DNA of 64,000 nucleotides from Squalus acanthias (lineage: Eukaryota). The stretch spans positions 140,308,001-140,372,000 of the forward strand of contig CM059431.1 of assembly GCA_030390025.1 (NCBI GenBank), in the 5' to 3' direction. The notes below the pieces were generated by a model. It was given only the letters and a program-made list of their open reading frames with translations. It ran no database searches and had not been told where the DNA came from. The first letter of the stretch is position 1. Each line of letters starts with the position of its first letter. The translations under genes were made by a program, and so were the position numbers. Of the stretch, positions 12,997 to 24,779 are shown piece after piece.

Positions 12997-13066
12997 ATGC
13001 CCCCGGTGATGACCCTCACACTCCTGCTCTTCAGTGCCTCGTACCCGGCAACATCCCAGCAATGCA
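12997..13066 (+). CDS. Putative leader exon encoding a signal peptide (MPPVMTLTLLLFSASYPATSQQC, phase-1 donor)
   Basis: ACA-ATG start, hydrophobic core VMTLTLLLFSA, A-x-S cleavage-like motif, and a consensus donor GCA|GTAAGT at 13066/13067. Confidence 0.6.
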
Positions 13067-13172
13067 GTAAGTGCGATTTGTTGTTTAGTGCCCAATGTTT
13101 AATCTAAACCCGATCTTTATCGTTTAGCTTAGTTTTTATCGTAATTTAGAATCATAGAATTATAGAAACTTA

Positions 13173-14066
13173 GGGGGAAAAATTCAGTTGGTTGCGCCTC
13201 CCGTTAGCGCCTTCAGAGGGCGCTAATGGGGCGCAAAGCAGCTAGCGCCCGGGCGCAGCGATGTTTGCGCCGCTCGCGAACTTAACTGGACATTTTGCGG
13301 CGGCGCTAAACTTTATCGCCGTGATCTCCTGCGCCGGCAGATCATGACGTCACTCGAGTGCGCAACGCCCCGGTATCGCCCCGGAGCGGATATTGAGTGG
13401 CGCCCCCTGCCTTACCGCCTGACGCTAGCAACGACAGGTTGAGGGGAGCGTTCTGCAGTCATGAAGGGAAAGGGGGAGCGCTATTTAAAGGTGACCACTG
13501 CCTGCCTTTTATTGTTGGTGCCATTTTTGAACTACGCATTCTGAGAGAGAGAGGGAGAGACTTCTGGAGAGATTCAATGTTGTGTGAAGGAGTTTTGGGT
13601 ACTGAGCAGCACTTTGCAGGTTCATTTTGATTTGCCATTCCTTGTATCGATTTAGCAGAGACTGTGGGGGCTGCACTCTGAGCTCTTTGCCTGGTACTCT
13701 CCATTGTTCTTTCCAGCACATTTGATGTGCAGGTCTCTCCAGGCCGAGATTCAAGGCTGCAATGAGCAGGATGTGGATGGAAAGCAAGATTAACCATCCC
13801 CTTTAAGAACTGGCCCGTGCCATTGTGTGTGTGTTCCATTGCTGACTGACATTGCATGAGCTTCGCCAGCGCTCTGAGGTAGCGCCTCGCTCCTCGGCCT
13901 TTGCGCCTTAAGACAGGTGTGAAGCGGCTGATTTAGCGCTGCAATCACCTCCAGGGGCGATAAAAGTCAAGTTTGCAGTCGGTAGCGATAATTAGCGCCA
14001 GGCGCTAATTTTTGCGCCCGGACGATATTTGCGCCACAAACGGGGCGCGACTCAATTTTTCCCCCC
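13173..14066. mobile_element. Non-autonomous TIR DNA transposon, probably Harbinger-related
   Basis: Ends GGGGGAAAAATTCAGTTGGTTGCGCC... and ...GGGGCGCGACTCAATTTTTCCCCCC form imperfect inverted repeats. Subterminal regions are rich in GCGCC/GGCGC motifs. The superfamily call is inference. Confidence 0.7.
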
Positions 14067-14067
14067 A

Positions 14068-14660
14068 GGTCTCCTAGCATTTCTGAGAAGTTATATGTGC
14101 TCTCTTCCGTGTAGACAGAACCAAAGTAGTTGTTTAATTGCTCCAACATTCCCTTGTTCCCCATTATACATTCGCCCATTTCTGACTGTAAGGGGACTAC
14201 ATTTGTCTTCACTAATCCTTTTTCTTTTTACATACTTCTCGAAGCTTTTTATCCCCTTTCATGTTCCTTGCAAGTTTAAACTCCTACCCTATTTTCCCGC
14301 TCTTAATCAATCTCTTGTTCATTCTTGCTGATCTCTAAAGTGCTCCCAATCCTCAGGCTTGCAACTTTTTCTGGCAACATTATATGACTTCTCTTTGGGT
14401 CTAATACTATCCTTCATTTCTTTTGTTTACCATGGTTGGGCCGCTTTTCGTTTTGTGTTTTTGCGCCAGAAAGGATTGTATAACTGTTGCAATTCATGCA
14501 TTCGTTCCTTAAATGCTAGCCATTGCCTATCCACCGTCATGCCTTATAATGAAGCTCCCCAATCTGTCATAGCCAACTCACTCCTCCTACCATCGTAGTT
14601 TCCTTTGTTTAGATTTAGGACCCTAGTTTCGGTTTGGACATCTTCACTTTCCATTTTAAT
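14068..14660 (-). mobile_element. CR1 ORF2 internal fragment
   Basis: ORF 13967-14212 contains LNNYFGSVYTEE, the CR1 LNxYFxSVFT motif. Homologous to 55550-56150. Confidence 0.8.
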
Positions 14661-14699
14661 GAATAGACAGAGTCTGTTTTCAGCATTTGACCTAACACG

Positions 14700-16130
14700 C
14701 ACCGAGTGGCCAATTAATTTAATTTTCAGAGTTTACCAGGCCCACAATGAATTGGATCCGGTATCAAACATCAAATAGAAAGAAGAAATTAACAGGAGAC
14801 ATTTCAGCAGTGTGTTTGAAGGTTAACCGGCCAACGATGCTGAACATTCACTTTTTTACCGCACACATTTACTGATTCAGTTCCAGTAAGTGAAAGCCGC
14901 AGCCGGATGCTCAAGGCCGAGACTGTTATGCATTAATTGGAGACTATCTCCCGGAATGTATCATTCTTGCTCTATTGTTAATAATTGACCATCACTGCAA
15001 AATAACCTGTTCTATTCCTGCGACGGGAATTGTAGAAATCTAGGGTATCCAACTCAGATTAACATTATATTTCGTCTAACACTGAGATCAATAGAGCTGT
15101 GATCCGAATGTAGTTAATTCCCACAGAATTAGAATCGGGACGAAGAAACAGATAAAATCCTAACTTAAGATAATTCCAAAGAAGTGTGTTGTGTTAACAC
15201 AAAGAGCTGTGCCCTTCCCTATGGTATTTGATTCCAGGAAACTAACAGCGATCTTTGTCCCTGTCTATCTGTGCCCTTTCATAGTCCGATAATAAACAGG
15301 TTTTATGGTGAGCAATATAATCGAATTGAGGTCACGGATATGAATCGGGATACAGAACGCGGTTTCCCTGCTGGGTCTTCTGAACCGCAGATGGAAGAGA
15401 TGGGGGAAATGAAATAATTTTTACCAAAGAAATGATTAATTACTTTGGGTAAAAGATCAGTAATTCATCAGAACAATTCAAACAGAATGAGACTGTGTGT
15501 GATTCAGATCGAGCCCTGTACCAGAAAACAGGTCGGTGAGGGATTGTACTGATCAGGCTGAAGGTCGGGCTTAGGACTGTGCTGTGTAACTGATCTTTAC
15601 ACAGGGTGTGTTCATTAAACTGTCTAACCCACAATGCTGCCTTACCCCGACTCTCTGGAACCAGAATAAGGGACCGCAGCACAAGGTAAGGACACGGAAT
15701 CTACTGAGCACCATTGTAGTGTTTTATTGTAGCAGAACTGACCCAGTGCCATTTACTGGTGGAGTAGTTCAATCAGTGAAATGTTGAGATATCAACATTG
15801 GGTCAGGTAAGAAATCATTGTTTTATTTTTTAGAAATTGCAGCAGCGACATTTAACAGAATAAAACTTCCAAATTATAACCTCACACATTATCATTCTGC
15901 TGTTGCAAATATTATTGAAATAGATTTCTAGTTTATGACACGATTTTGAATAAACAGTTAGAGATCGAGACTTTTGAACATAAAATACAGCCCCGGACCA
16001 TCACTGAAATCCAATATATCCAGCCACGGAAAATTTCCTCTTTGACCAACATTGACCTTAGGATGCTAGGATTCATTGTGGCCAAACCTAGCCAAATGCA
16101 GACTTGTTGTCGAGGCGAGTTACGGTCCCG
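14700..16130 (+). repeat. Duplicated exon module, copy 1; contains dead 60-nt pseudo-exon 15626-15685
   Basis: Colinear with 18290-19062 and 23870-24670. The acceptor is mutated (CTGTCT instead of CTGCAG), there is an in-frame TAA at 15667-15669, and the donor AAG|GTAAGG is intact. Confidence 0.8.
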
Positions 16131-16299
16131 CTATTGATGAGTCCATCCGTCACTCTGCTGATCAGTGTGGGGTGGCTGGTAGGGCGGCAATTGGCCTGAT
16201 TCCGTCTGTCTTTAATTTTGTGGATAGGACATTGCTGGTCATCGAAAACATATCCCTAAGGAGGTAAAATTTCATTTGTACATTCAAACAACCATGGTC

Positions 16300-17440
16300 T
16301 GCATGTGTGGTAAGATGCAGTATAAAGCTAAAGGAAGTGACTCACACTAGTGTCAAGAAAAGCGGTAATCCAGAGGACTGGGGGAAACACAGAAAACAAC
16401 AAAGGATACAAAGAAAGTATTAAGAGCCGCGAAAAGGGAATACGTAAACACGTTGGAAGTGATATAAAAGCAAATAGTGAAAATTCGTCTAAATATATTA
16501 ATATTAAGAGAGTGGCTGAGGGAGATGTGGCCCATTAAAGACAGACATGGATTCTACGGTAATTTCTAACAAGGTAACAGCAGATTTATTTAACGAATAC
16601 TTTGTGTCAGTTTTCACAGTAGATGAAAAGGACAAAATGCCCGTGAGAGAAGGCAGAATAAAAATAAGTCATGGAGAGGAATTTGCTGTGTACATAATTG
16701 TAAAAATGTTGATGGAGAAAATATTGGAAGTTTGGATAGATACATCTCGAGGACCTGATGATTTCCAGCCAAAGTTATTAAAAGAAGTAGGGTGGAAATT
16801 GCAGAAGCGTTAGTTAAAATCCTTCAAAGCTTTCTTGATTCGGGAATTGTGCCGTTAGACTGGAAATTGCTATCGTCACTACACTATTTAAGATGGGTGA
16901 GATAGAAATTTAGGGAACTACATGCATGTTAGTTTAACGTCGTTGAGGGGAAGCTACTAGAATCGGTCATTAAGGATCGAGTGACTGAGCATTTGAGCAA
17001 AATGAGCTGATCAGAGAACCAGCATGGTTTTATTCGAGGTCATTCATGTCTAACTAATCTAGTTCAATATTTTGAGTTCACTTATAAGGTAGGCAACCGA
17101 GTGCCTATGGATGTTCTCTATGTGGTCTTGCAGAAGACAGTTGATATGGTTACACACCGAAGTAATTGAGAAAATATGAGCGCTTGAAATGGAGAGAATC
17201 TTTTAACTTGGGGTAGAAATTGTTATAGAGTTAGGATAAAGAATGGGGATCAATGGCATGTAGTCAGATTGACAGGTTGCATAAAGTCGGTTTGTATTCG
17301 CTTGAGTTTAGAAGATTGAGGGATGATCTGACCGAGGTGCTTAAAATGTGAAAAAGATTCAATAGGATAGATAGAGATAAACCATTTCCTCTGATCGGAG
17401 AAACAAGAACAAGGGACATGCTGAACTTTAGAATGAGATC
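16300..17440 (+). mobile_element. Old, heavily decayed CR1 ORF2 fragment
   Basis: ORF 16547-16813 FNEYFVSVFT..SRGPDDFQPKLLKE. Degenerate QHGF and ORF2 C-terminal remnants follow. Confidence 0.75.
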
Positions 17441-17609
17441 GAACCTAATGAATCGACAAAATAGAGAAAATACCACAAGTGGAATTTTTAACATGGAGAT
17501 GTGCGGGCAAACAGAAAAGAATATTCGTGAAAACATTAGCCAGCTGGTTAATGCTGGATTATTCTAATAAGCAGCATTTCTCGAACTTGTAACAACATTC
17601 GGTGAAGAT

Positions 17610-19062
17610 ATCATGGGATGGATTTTTGGATTATGCGCAGACTGAGTATGACTCGGAAGTACTTCTAATAGATTTGATATATTGTTTGTGGTGGATGGAG
17701 AATCAGACATGCAGCAGGATGGGTATGATGCAGGGAAGGTAATCCGACATGGGGCAGGTGGAAAGGAGAGGAGAGGGAGAGTCAGAAATAGAGCAAAGGA
17801 GCGAAAGGATGTGGGAAGGACGATAACGGTGCGGGAGGAAAGGAAGGACGAGGGTACAATTAGTAATGCAGCAGGTGGGGGAAGAAATAAAGAGTTAGTT
17901 GGAGGTAGTTAGAGCTGGAGGAAGGTTGTAGAGTTGAAGCCGGTTAAAGATGCAGAGAGAAACTGAGGCATGGAGTAGGTGAGATGGACAGGGATCTGGG
18001 GAAGGGAAGTTACGACAGAATCAGACATAGAGCTGATGGGAATGAAACAGGGAGAAATACATAAATGGAATCGGTGGGTTTGGAAAAACAAACATTAAAG
18101 GTCAGGCATATAATCGGTGGGGGAACAGACAGGTAAAAGGCGGGAATTTCAGACACCGAGCAGCGGGAGCTGTAAACAGACGGGGAGAGGCAGCACAGAG
18201 AAGCAGGAATGGGATTGAGACACGGAGCAGTCCCAAGAGGTAGCCTGAACTTTTAATATTTATATTAAATACAAGTGCTGGTTAGCAAGTGAATTAATGT
18301 TCAGAGTTTCACAGTCTCATAATAAATGTAATCCGCTGTCAAACTGCTAAAAGAAATACTAAAACAAAATGTGAAATTACATCACGACCATTAATAGTTA
18401 ACAAGCCGATGAAGCAGATTTTCAATTGTTTGCCGTAGACATTGGCTGATTCAGTTCCAGCTACTGAAACCCGGAGCTTGATACTCATGGGTCTGAACTC
18501 CATCATCAAGGCCCAGACTGTTATTCATTAACTAGAGACTATTTTCTGGAGAATATTATTACCGAACTTTGTCACTTGCAATCTTTGTCCGATGATAATG
18601 AAATGTTATGGTGAACAATGAAATCTAACTGAGGATATGAAACTGATTCCCGCTACAGAACACGGTTTCAATGCGGGGTCCTCTGAAGTCATTGTTCCCA
18701 CACAGAGGATTAATCACTTTGGATAAAAGATCAGTAATTTATCAGAACAATTTAAACTGAATGCGACCATGTGTGATTCTGATCGGGTCCTGCACCAGTG
18801 AACAGGGTGGGGAGGGATTGTACTGATCAGGCTGAAGGTGGTGTTTATGACTGTAAGATGTAACTGATCTTTACCCAGGGTATGTTCATTAACCTGCAGA
18901 ACCCACAACGCTAACTTACCCGGACTCTCTGGGACCAGAATCAGGGACCGCAGCACAAGGTAAGGATCCGGAATGAACTGAGCACAATTATAGTCTTTAA
19001 ATGTAGCGAGATTGCCGTTTGTTTGTGTAGTAGTTCAAAGCTATTGAATAGTTGAGATTCAA
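17610..19062 (+). repeat. Duplicated exon module, copy 2
   Basis: The purine-rich block 17610-17900 matches 23270-23530, and 18290-19062 matches copy 1. Truncated by a CR1 at ~19062. Confidence 0.8.
18900..18959 (+). CDS. Putative 60-nt phase-1/phase-1 exon, (K/E)PTTLTYPDSLGPESGTAAQ
   Basis: Acceptor TTCATTAACCTGCAG|, donor CAAG|GTAAGG, exactly 60 nt and open in phase 1. Confidence 0.55.
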
Positions 19063-20570
19063 TACTTGCCACTTTCCCTTCGATCCCATGGGCTTTTACT
19101 TTTCTCACAAACCTGCCATGTAAAACCTTCTCGAAAGCCTTGCTAAAATCCATGTAGACTACATCAAACACGCTAACCTCACCGACCCTCCTTGTTGCCT
19201 CCTCAAAAAAAACAATCAAGTTAGACAGGCACGTCCTTCCCTTAACAAATTCATGTTAACTGTCCTTGATTAATCTGTGCCTTTCTAGATGACGATTAAT
19301 ACTGTCCCACAGAATTTTTACCAATTATTCGCCCATTCACCGCGGTTAGGCTGACTGGCCTGCAATTGCTCGGTCTATCCTTTTCTCCCCTTTTAACCAA
19401 CGATACAACGTTAGCAGCCTCCAGTCCTCCGGCACCACATCTTTAGCCAGAGAGGATTGGAAAATGATGGTCAGAGCCTCCGCTATTTCCTCTCTTGCTT
19501 CTGTTGATACCATGGGATCCATTTCATCCAGGCCTGGCTATTCATCAACTTTCAAATATCCTAAACACCTCTCTCACTATGTTTATCTTATTTAATATTT
19601 CACACTCCGGCTCCTTAAATACATTTCTGCATCGTTGCTCTCTTTTGTGAAGACTGACGCAAATGAACAACCATACCCAAGTCTTCTGCCTGCACACACA
19701 ACTTACCTATCGGGTCTCTAATAGGGCCTAATCTTGCCTTAGTTATTCTCTTGTTCTTAATGTATTTATAAAATATCTTTGGGTTTTCCTTAATTTTAAT
19801 TGCCAATATTTTTTCATGATCTATCTTTGCTTTCCTAATTTCAATTTTAATTTACCCCCGGTACTTTCTATACTCCTCTATATTTCTGCAGTATTAAGCT
19901 CTCGGTATTTGACATAAGCTTCTCTTTATTACCTTATCCTACCCTGTATGTCCTTTGACATTCAGGGAGCTCTAGATTTGGGAGTCCCAACCTTTTTCTT
20001 TGTGGGTACATATTTGATCGGAACCCTCACTATTTCCTCCTTGAATGCCCCCCAATGCTCTGACACTGATTTACCTTCAAGTAGCTGTTCACAGCTGTTC
20101 TCCTAAACCATATCACAGCTTATAAAAATGGCCTTTCGCCAATTCTAAACCTTTTCTCATGGTATATCACCGTCCTTTTCCATAACTAGGCTAAAGCTAA
20201 CTAAATTATAATCATAACCACCAACATTTTACCTACTGATGTCCCTTTCACCTGCCGAGCATCATTCCCTAAAACTAAGTTCAGAACCACCCCTGTCTTG
20301 GTGGCCATGCTACGTACTGGCTAAAAAAGTAAGCCTGAATTAATTTGAAGAATTCTGCACCCTCTCTATCTTTTACACTAATTCTATCAGATTTAGTTGA
20401 AATCCCCTCCTAGTACTGTCCTATTGCTTTTGCACTTCTCAGAAATGTGCCAACATATTTGCTCTTCTAACTCCCTCTGACTATTTGGGGGTCTATATTA
20501 TATTCCCTGTAGTGTGATTGCCCTTTTAAATCTTTAGTTCAAAGCATACGGCCTCATTTGAGGATCCATC
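19062..20570 (-). mobile_element. CR1 ORF2 fragment (endonuclease end to RT start), decayed
   Basis: ORFs 18941-19219 (DVVYMDFSKAFEKV) and 19615-19806 (IKENPKIFYKYIKNKR). Confidence 0.85.
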
Positions 20571-20933
20571 TGACATATGAACATATGGTGAAGAACTTAA
20601 TGTAATTAATATAAGTAGAGAAAATTACTTGAGAAATTTATCAGACTAAAATCCGACAAATCCCTTGGATCTGACGGCCAACATCCTAGGGTTCTAAAAG
20701 AGGTGGCTGTAGAGATAGTGGATGCATTGGTTTTGATCTTCAAAAATTCCCTAGATTCTGGAGAGGTCCCAGCAGATTGAAAAGTCGCAAATGTAACACT
20801 GCTATTCAAGCAAGGAGGGAGAAAAAAACAGGGAAATACAGGCCAGTCAGCCTGATATCAGTCGTCGGGAAAATGCTGGAATCCATTGTTAAGGAAGCGG
20901 TATCAAGTCACTTAGAAAATCATAAGATAATTA

Positions 20934-21332
20934 TGATACGGAGATGCCGGTGTTGGACTGGGGTGGACAAAAGTGAGAAGTCGCACAACACCAGGTTATA
21001 GTCCAACAGCTTTATTTGAAATCACAAGCTTTCGGAGCGCTGCTCCTTCGTCAGGTGAAGTGAAGAAATACAAATGGGCACAGCATATATAGACAGAGAA
21101 CAATGCCTGTGCAGAGAACAATGCCAGACGACTGCAGTTAATCTTTCTAACTGCCCTAATAAAGGGCAATTAGAAAAATTAACTGTAGTCGTCTGGCATT
21201 GTTCTCTGCACAGCCATTGTTCTCTGTCTATATATGCTGTGCCCATTTTTATTTCTGCACTTCACCTGACGAAGGAGCAGCGCTCCGAAAGCTTGTGATT
21301 TCAAATAAAGCTTTTGGACTATAACCTGGTGT
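20934..21332. mobile_element. Penelope-like pLTR-derived insertion forming a 345-bp hairpin (20988-21332), flanked by a 13-bp TSD
   Basis: Near-perfect 170-bp inverted arms with loop AATAA (21158-21162). TSD is CATAAGATAATTA (20921-20933) / CATAACATAATTA (21333-21345). Contains CTGACGA-stem-GAAA motifs typical of Penelope pLTRs. Confidence 0.8.
21262..21298 (+). ncRNA. Minimal type I hammerhead-ribozyme motif (mirror copy on the minus strand at ~21022-21058)
   Basis: TCAC-CTGACGA-A-GGAGC-AGC-GCTCC-GAAA-GCTT-GTGA: stem I TCAC/GTGA, core CUGANGA, stem II GGAGC/GCTCC, GAAA, and palindromic AAGCTT in place of a stable stem III. Confidence 0.7.
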
Positions 21333-23269
21333 CATAACATAATTAGGAAGTGTCTACATGGTTTTATGAAAGGGAAATCATGATTGACAAATTGATTGCA
21401 GTGTTTTGGATGTAACTATCAGGGTAGATAAAGGGGAGCCAGAGGATGTAGTATATTAGCATTTCCAAAAGGCATTCGATAAGGTGCCACACAATAGATT
21501 ATTACACAAGATTAGGGCTCATGGGTTTGGGATAATTTAGTAGACTGGATAGAGGATTGGTTAACGGACAGAAAACAGAAAGTTGGGATAAACTGATCTC
21601 TTTAAGGTTGTAACTAGTGGGGTGCCGCAAGGAGCAGTGTTGGGGCCTCAGATATTTACAATCTATATTAATGACCTAGATGAAGCGACCGAATGTAATG
21701 TATCCAAGTTTGCTGATAATACAAATATAGGTGGGACAGTAAGCTCTGAGGACGAAACAACGTGTCTGCAAAGGGATAAAGATAGACTAAGTGAGTGGGC
21801 AGTGGGGTGGCAGATGGAATATAATGTAGGGAAATGTGAGGTTATTCACTTTGGTAGAAAGAATAGAAAAACAGAATATTTTTAAATGGTGAGAAACTTT
21901 CATACGTCGGTGTTCAAAGAGATTTGTTGCACCTCGTGCTCGAAACAAAGACAGCAAGCATGCAGGTAGAGCAAGCAATAAGGAGAGCAAATGGCATGTT
22001 GACATTTATTACAAGTTGGCTGAGGTATAAGAGTACGGAAGTCATGCTACAATGGTACAGGGTCTTGGTGAGACCACACCTGGAGTACTGTGCACTGTTC
22101 TGGTCTCCTTATCTAAGGAAGGATATACTTGCCTTGGAGGCGGTGCAGCAAAGGTTCACTAGATTGATTCTTGGGATGCGAGGGCTGTCCTATGATGAGA
22201 GACTGAGTAGAATTGGCCTACACTCTCCGGAGTTTAGAAGAATGAGAGGTGGTCTCATTGAAACATGCAAGATTCTGAAGGTGATTGACAGGGTAGATGC
22301 TGAGAGGTTGTTTCCCCTGGCTGAAGTGTCTAGAACTAGGGGACATAGTCTCAGGATAAGGGGTAGGTCATTTAAGACTGAGATGAGGAGGAATGTCATC
22401 ACTCAGAGGGTTTTGAATCTTTTGAATTATCTGCCCCACAGGGCTGTGAATGCTGAGTCTTTGCATATATTCAATGCAGAAATAGATAAATATTTGGACT
22501 CGAGGGGAATCAAGGGATATGGAGATCAGACGGGGAATTGGAGTTGATGTCGATGATCAGCCATGATCTTATTGAATGGCGGAGCAGGCTCTATAGGCTA
22601 TAAGGCCTACTCCTGCTCTTACCTCTTATGTCCTTATTTCTTATATCATCCCTCCGCACAGCTGTAACTGTTTCTTTAACCAATATTGTGACACCTCCCC
22701 ATCCACACTTGTCTTAAACGGACACACCCACAACTCCACTCATAAAGCTCGGCGTCATCTAAGACTAAACATTGTGCTTGATTCAAAGTCCTTAGTATCC
22801 ACCCTGTCCACCAACAGTAGGTACTATCTACAGCAATTCACAAAGCTTAAATTGACATCACCGCTTAGACCTGCTCTCCCGACCACTGGTAAGGATAAGA
22901 GCAGCAACGTCCTCAGATACCGGTGCTTCAATATCCACTGAAGTTCACAGCCCAGCCTGACTTGGGCGCAGATCATGATTCTTCATCGTTGTTGGGTCAA
23001 GATCCTGCAATTGCTTTCCGGGCACTATTCTAGGAGCATCATCACCACAAGGAATGCAGCGGTTCAAAAGACCAACCAGGACCTATGTGGGGCAGCGAGA
23101 GACGGCAGATCACAACAAGCGGGTAGAGTGATAAAGAATGAACCATTTTCAATATGAACATCTGAGAGAACAAAGGAGGGGATATTGACGAGAAATATTG
23201 GGCGGCTGCTGGCCTGGAATTTAGGAATAATTTTTCCAGTCGGTAACTGCATTCAGTGGAGATAATATG

Positions 23270-24670
23270 AGATGGACTCTGTGATTATGCTCGTATTCAG
23301 TATACTTTAAATAGTTTCGATGTATATTTCTGATAGATGGGAAATCAGACATGCAACAGGATGGAGAGGGAAACAGGGACGGTAATCAGGCATGGAAGTT
23401 GTGGGAAGGGAATGACAGGCAGAATCAGATATAGAGCATGCGGGTGAACGGATGCATGGTCTGAATCAGGAAACGTGCAGGAGGTAGGAAAGCAAAGCAG
23501 AGAATTAGGATAGCAGCAGGTGGGGAGTGGAGGGGTGAAAGAAACATCAGGAATGTGGAAGCTACTTCATTAAATAAATTTAAAACAGAAATAGACCGTT
23601 TCCTAGAAGTAAAGGGAATCAGGGGATACGGGGAGCGGGCTGGAAATTGGACGTGAGTTTGAGTTCGGATCGGTCAAGGCCCTGTGGGTGGCGGAGCGGG
23701 CCCACGGGCCGAGTGGCCTGGTCCTGCTCCTACGTCTTGTGTTCTTTAAAGTTGAGGTTGGATCAGATCAGCCATGATCTCATTGCATGGCGGAGCAGGC
23801 TCGAGGGGCCGATTGGTCTACTCCTGCTTCTATTTCTTATGTTCTTATGAATGGAAGAGGTGGGAAGACATTTTGTGCTGAGCAATGAAATCGGAAAAAA
23901 GACACCGATCTGATTCAGGCTACAGAACCCGGTTTCACTTTGGGTCTTCTGAAACACAGATAAAAGAACTGGGGCAAATTTAGTAACAGTTGCCGGTATT
24001 ATTTTTAATGGCTTTGTTTAAAAAATCAGTGATTCATCAGAACAATTCAATGTGAATGAAACAGGGTGTGAATCAGATCCAGTCCTGCACCAGGGAACAG
24101 TACAGGGAGGGATTGTACTGATCAGGCTGAAGGTGATGTTTATGACTGTGATGTGCAGTTGTTCTTTACACAAGGTGTCTTTATTAACCTGCAGAACAAA
24201 CAACGTTAAGTTACCCGGAAACTCAGGGAGCGGAATCAGGAGCAGCAGCAGAAGGTACGGACCAGAATAAACTGAGCACCATTATAGTTCTTTAATGTAC
24301 CGGAATGGACTCGTCGCCGTTTATTTGTGTAATAGTTCAATTATATTGAAATGCTATAATATCCATATTGGGTCTGGTAACAATGTTTTTTTTTCCAAAA
24401 ATTAACTTACTGGAACAAGAGCAATTTAACAGAATAAAACATCAAAATGGAAACTCCCACGTTAAAATATATTTCCCGTTTATGATACGAATATAAACAA
24501 GCAGTTAAAGATCGAGGATTTTCAACATAAAATAGTTAGCATGACTAGCACCGAAATCCAAAGTTTCCAGCCACGGGAGCTTTCCCCTTTGACCCGCATT
24601 GACCTCAGGATGCTCGGACTCCTTGGTGCCAAACAGAGTCAAATGGTGCCTTGTTATCGAGGGGAGATAC
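23270..24670 (+). repeat. Duplicated exon module, copy 3 (with two short CR1 3' ends inserted at ~23555-23850)
   Basis: Colinear with copies 1 and 2, e.g. shared GAGGGATTGTACTGATCAGGCTGAAGGT, and TCCAGCCACGG..CATTGACCT.AGGATGCT shared with copy 1. Confidence 0.8.
24195..24254 (+). CDS. Putative 60-nt phase-1/phase-1 exon, EQTTLSYPETQGAESGAAAE
   Basis: Acceptor TCTTTATTAACCTGCAG|, donor GAAG|GTACGG, exactly 60 nt and open in phase 1. Paralogue of 18900-18959. Confidence 0.55.
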
Positions 24671-24779
24671 TGGCACCTCTTCTCTAGCATTCAACTTTCT
24701 GGATCCGAGGATTTCATGCACCACCCGAACAGAGCCTGGTTGAACAGTTTATTTATGAGTGAATGTTCCTTGATGGCGC

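Larger units (their letters stand above)
20600..22640 (+). mobile_element. CR1 ORF2 RT + 3' UTR, interrupted at 20934-21332
   Basis: ORFs 20777-21001 (YRPVSLISVVGK), 21622-21885 (PQGAVLGP..FADNT) and 21924-22547, followed by the 3' UTR. Confidence 0.9.

Noticed and set aside
21022..21298. Two near-identical 74-aa ORFs on opposite strands
   Set aside because: They are a by-product of the DNA palindrome and show no protein-family features.
15440..24203. Paralogous minus-strand ORFs (15440-15682, 18714-18956, 24018-24203) as a small gene family
   Set aside because: They rely on non-ATG starts and reflect DNA similarity of the duplicated module. The conserved splice signals are on the + strand.
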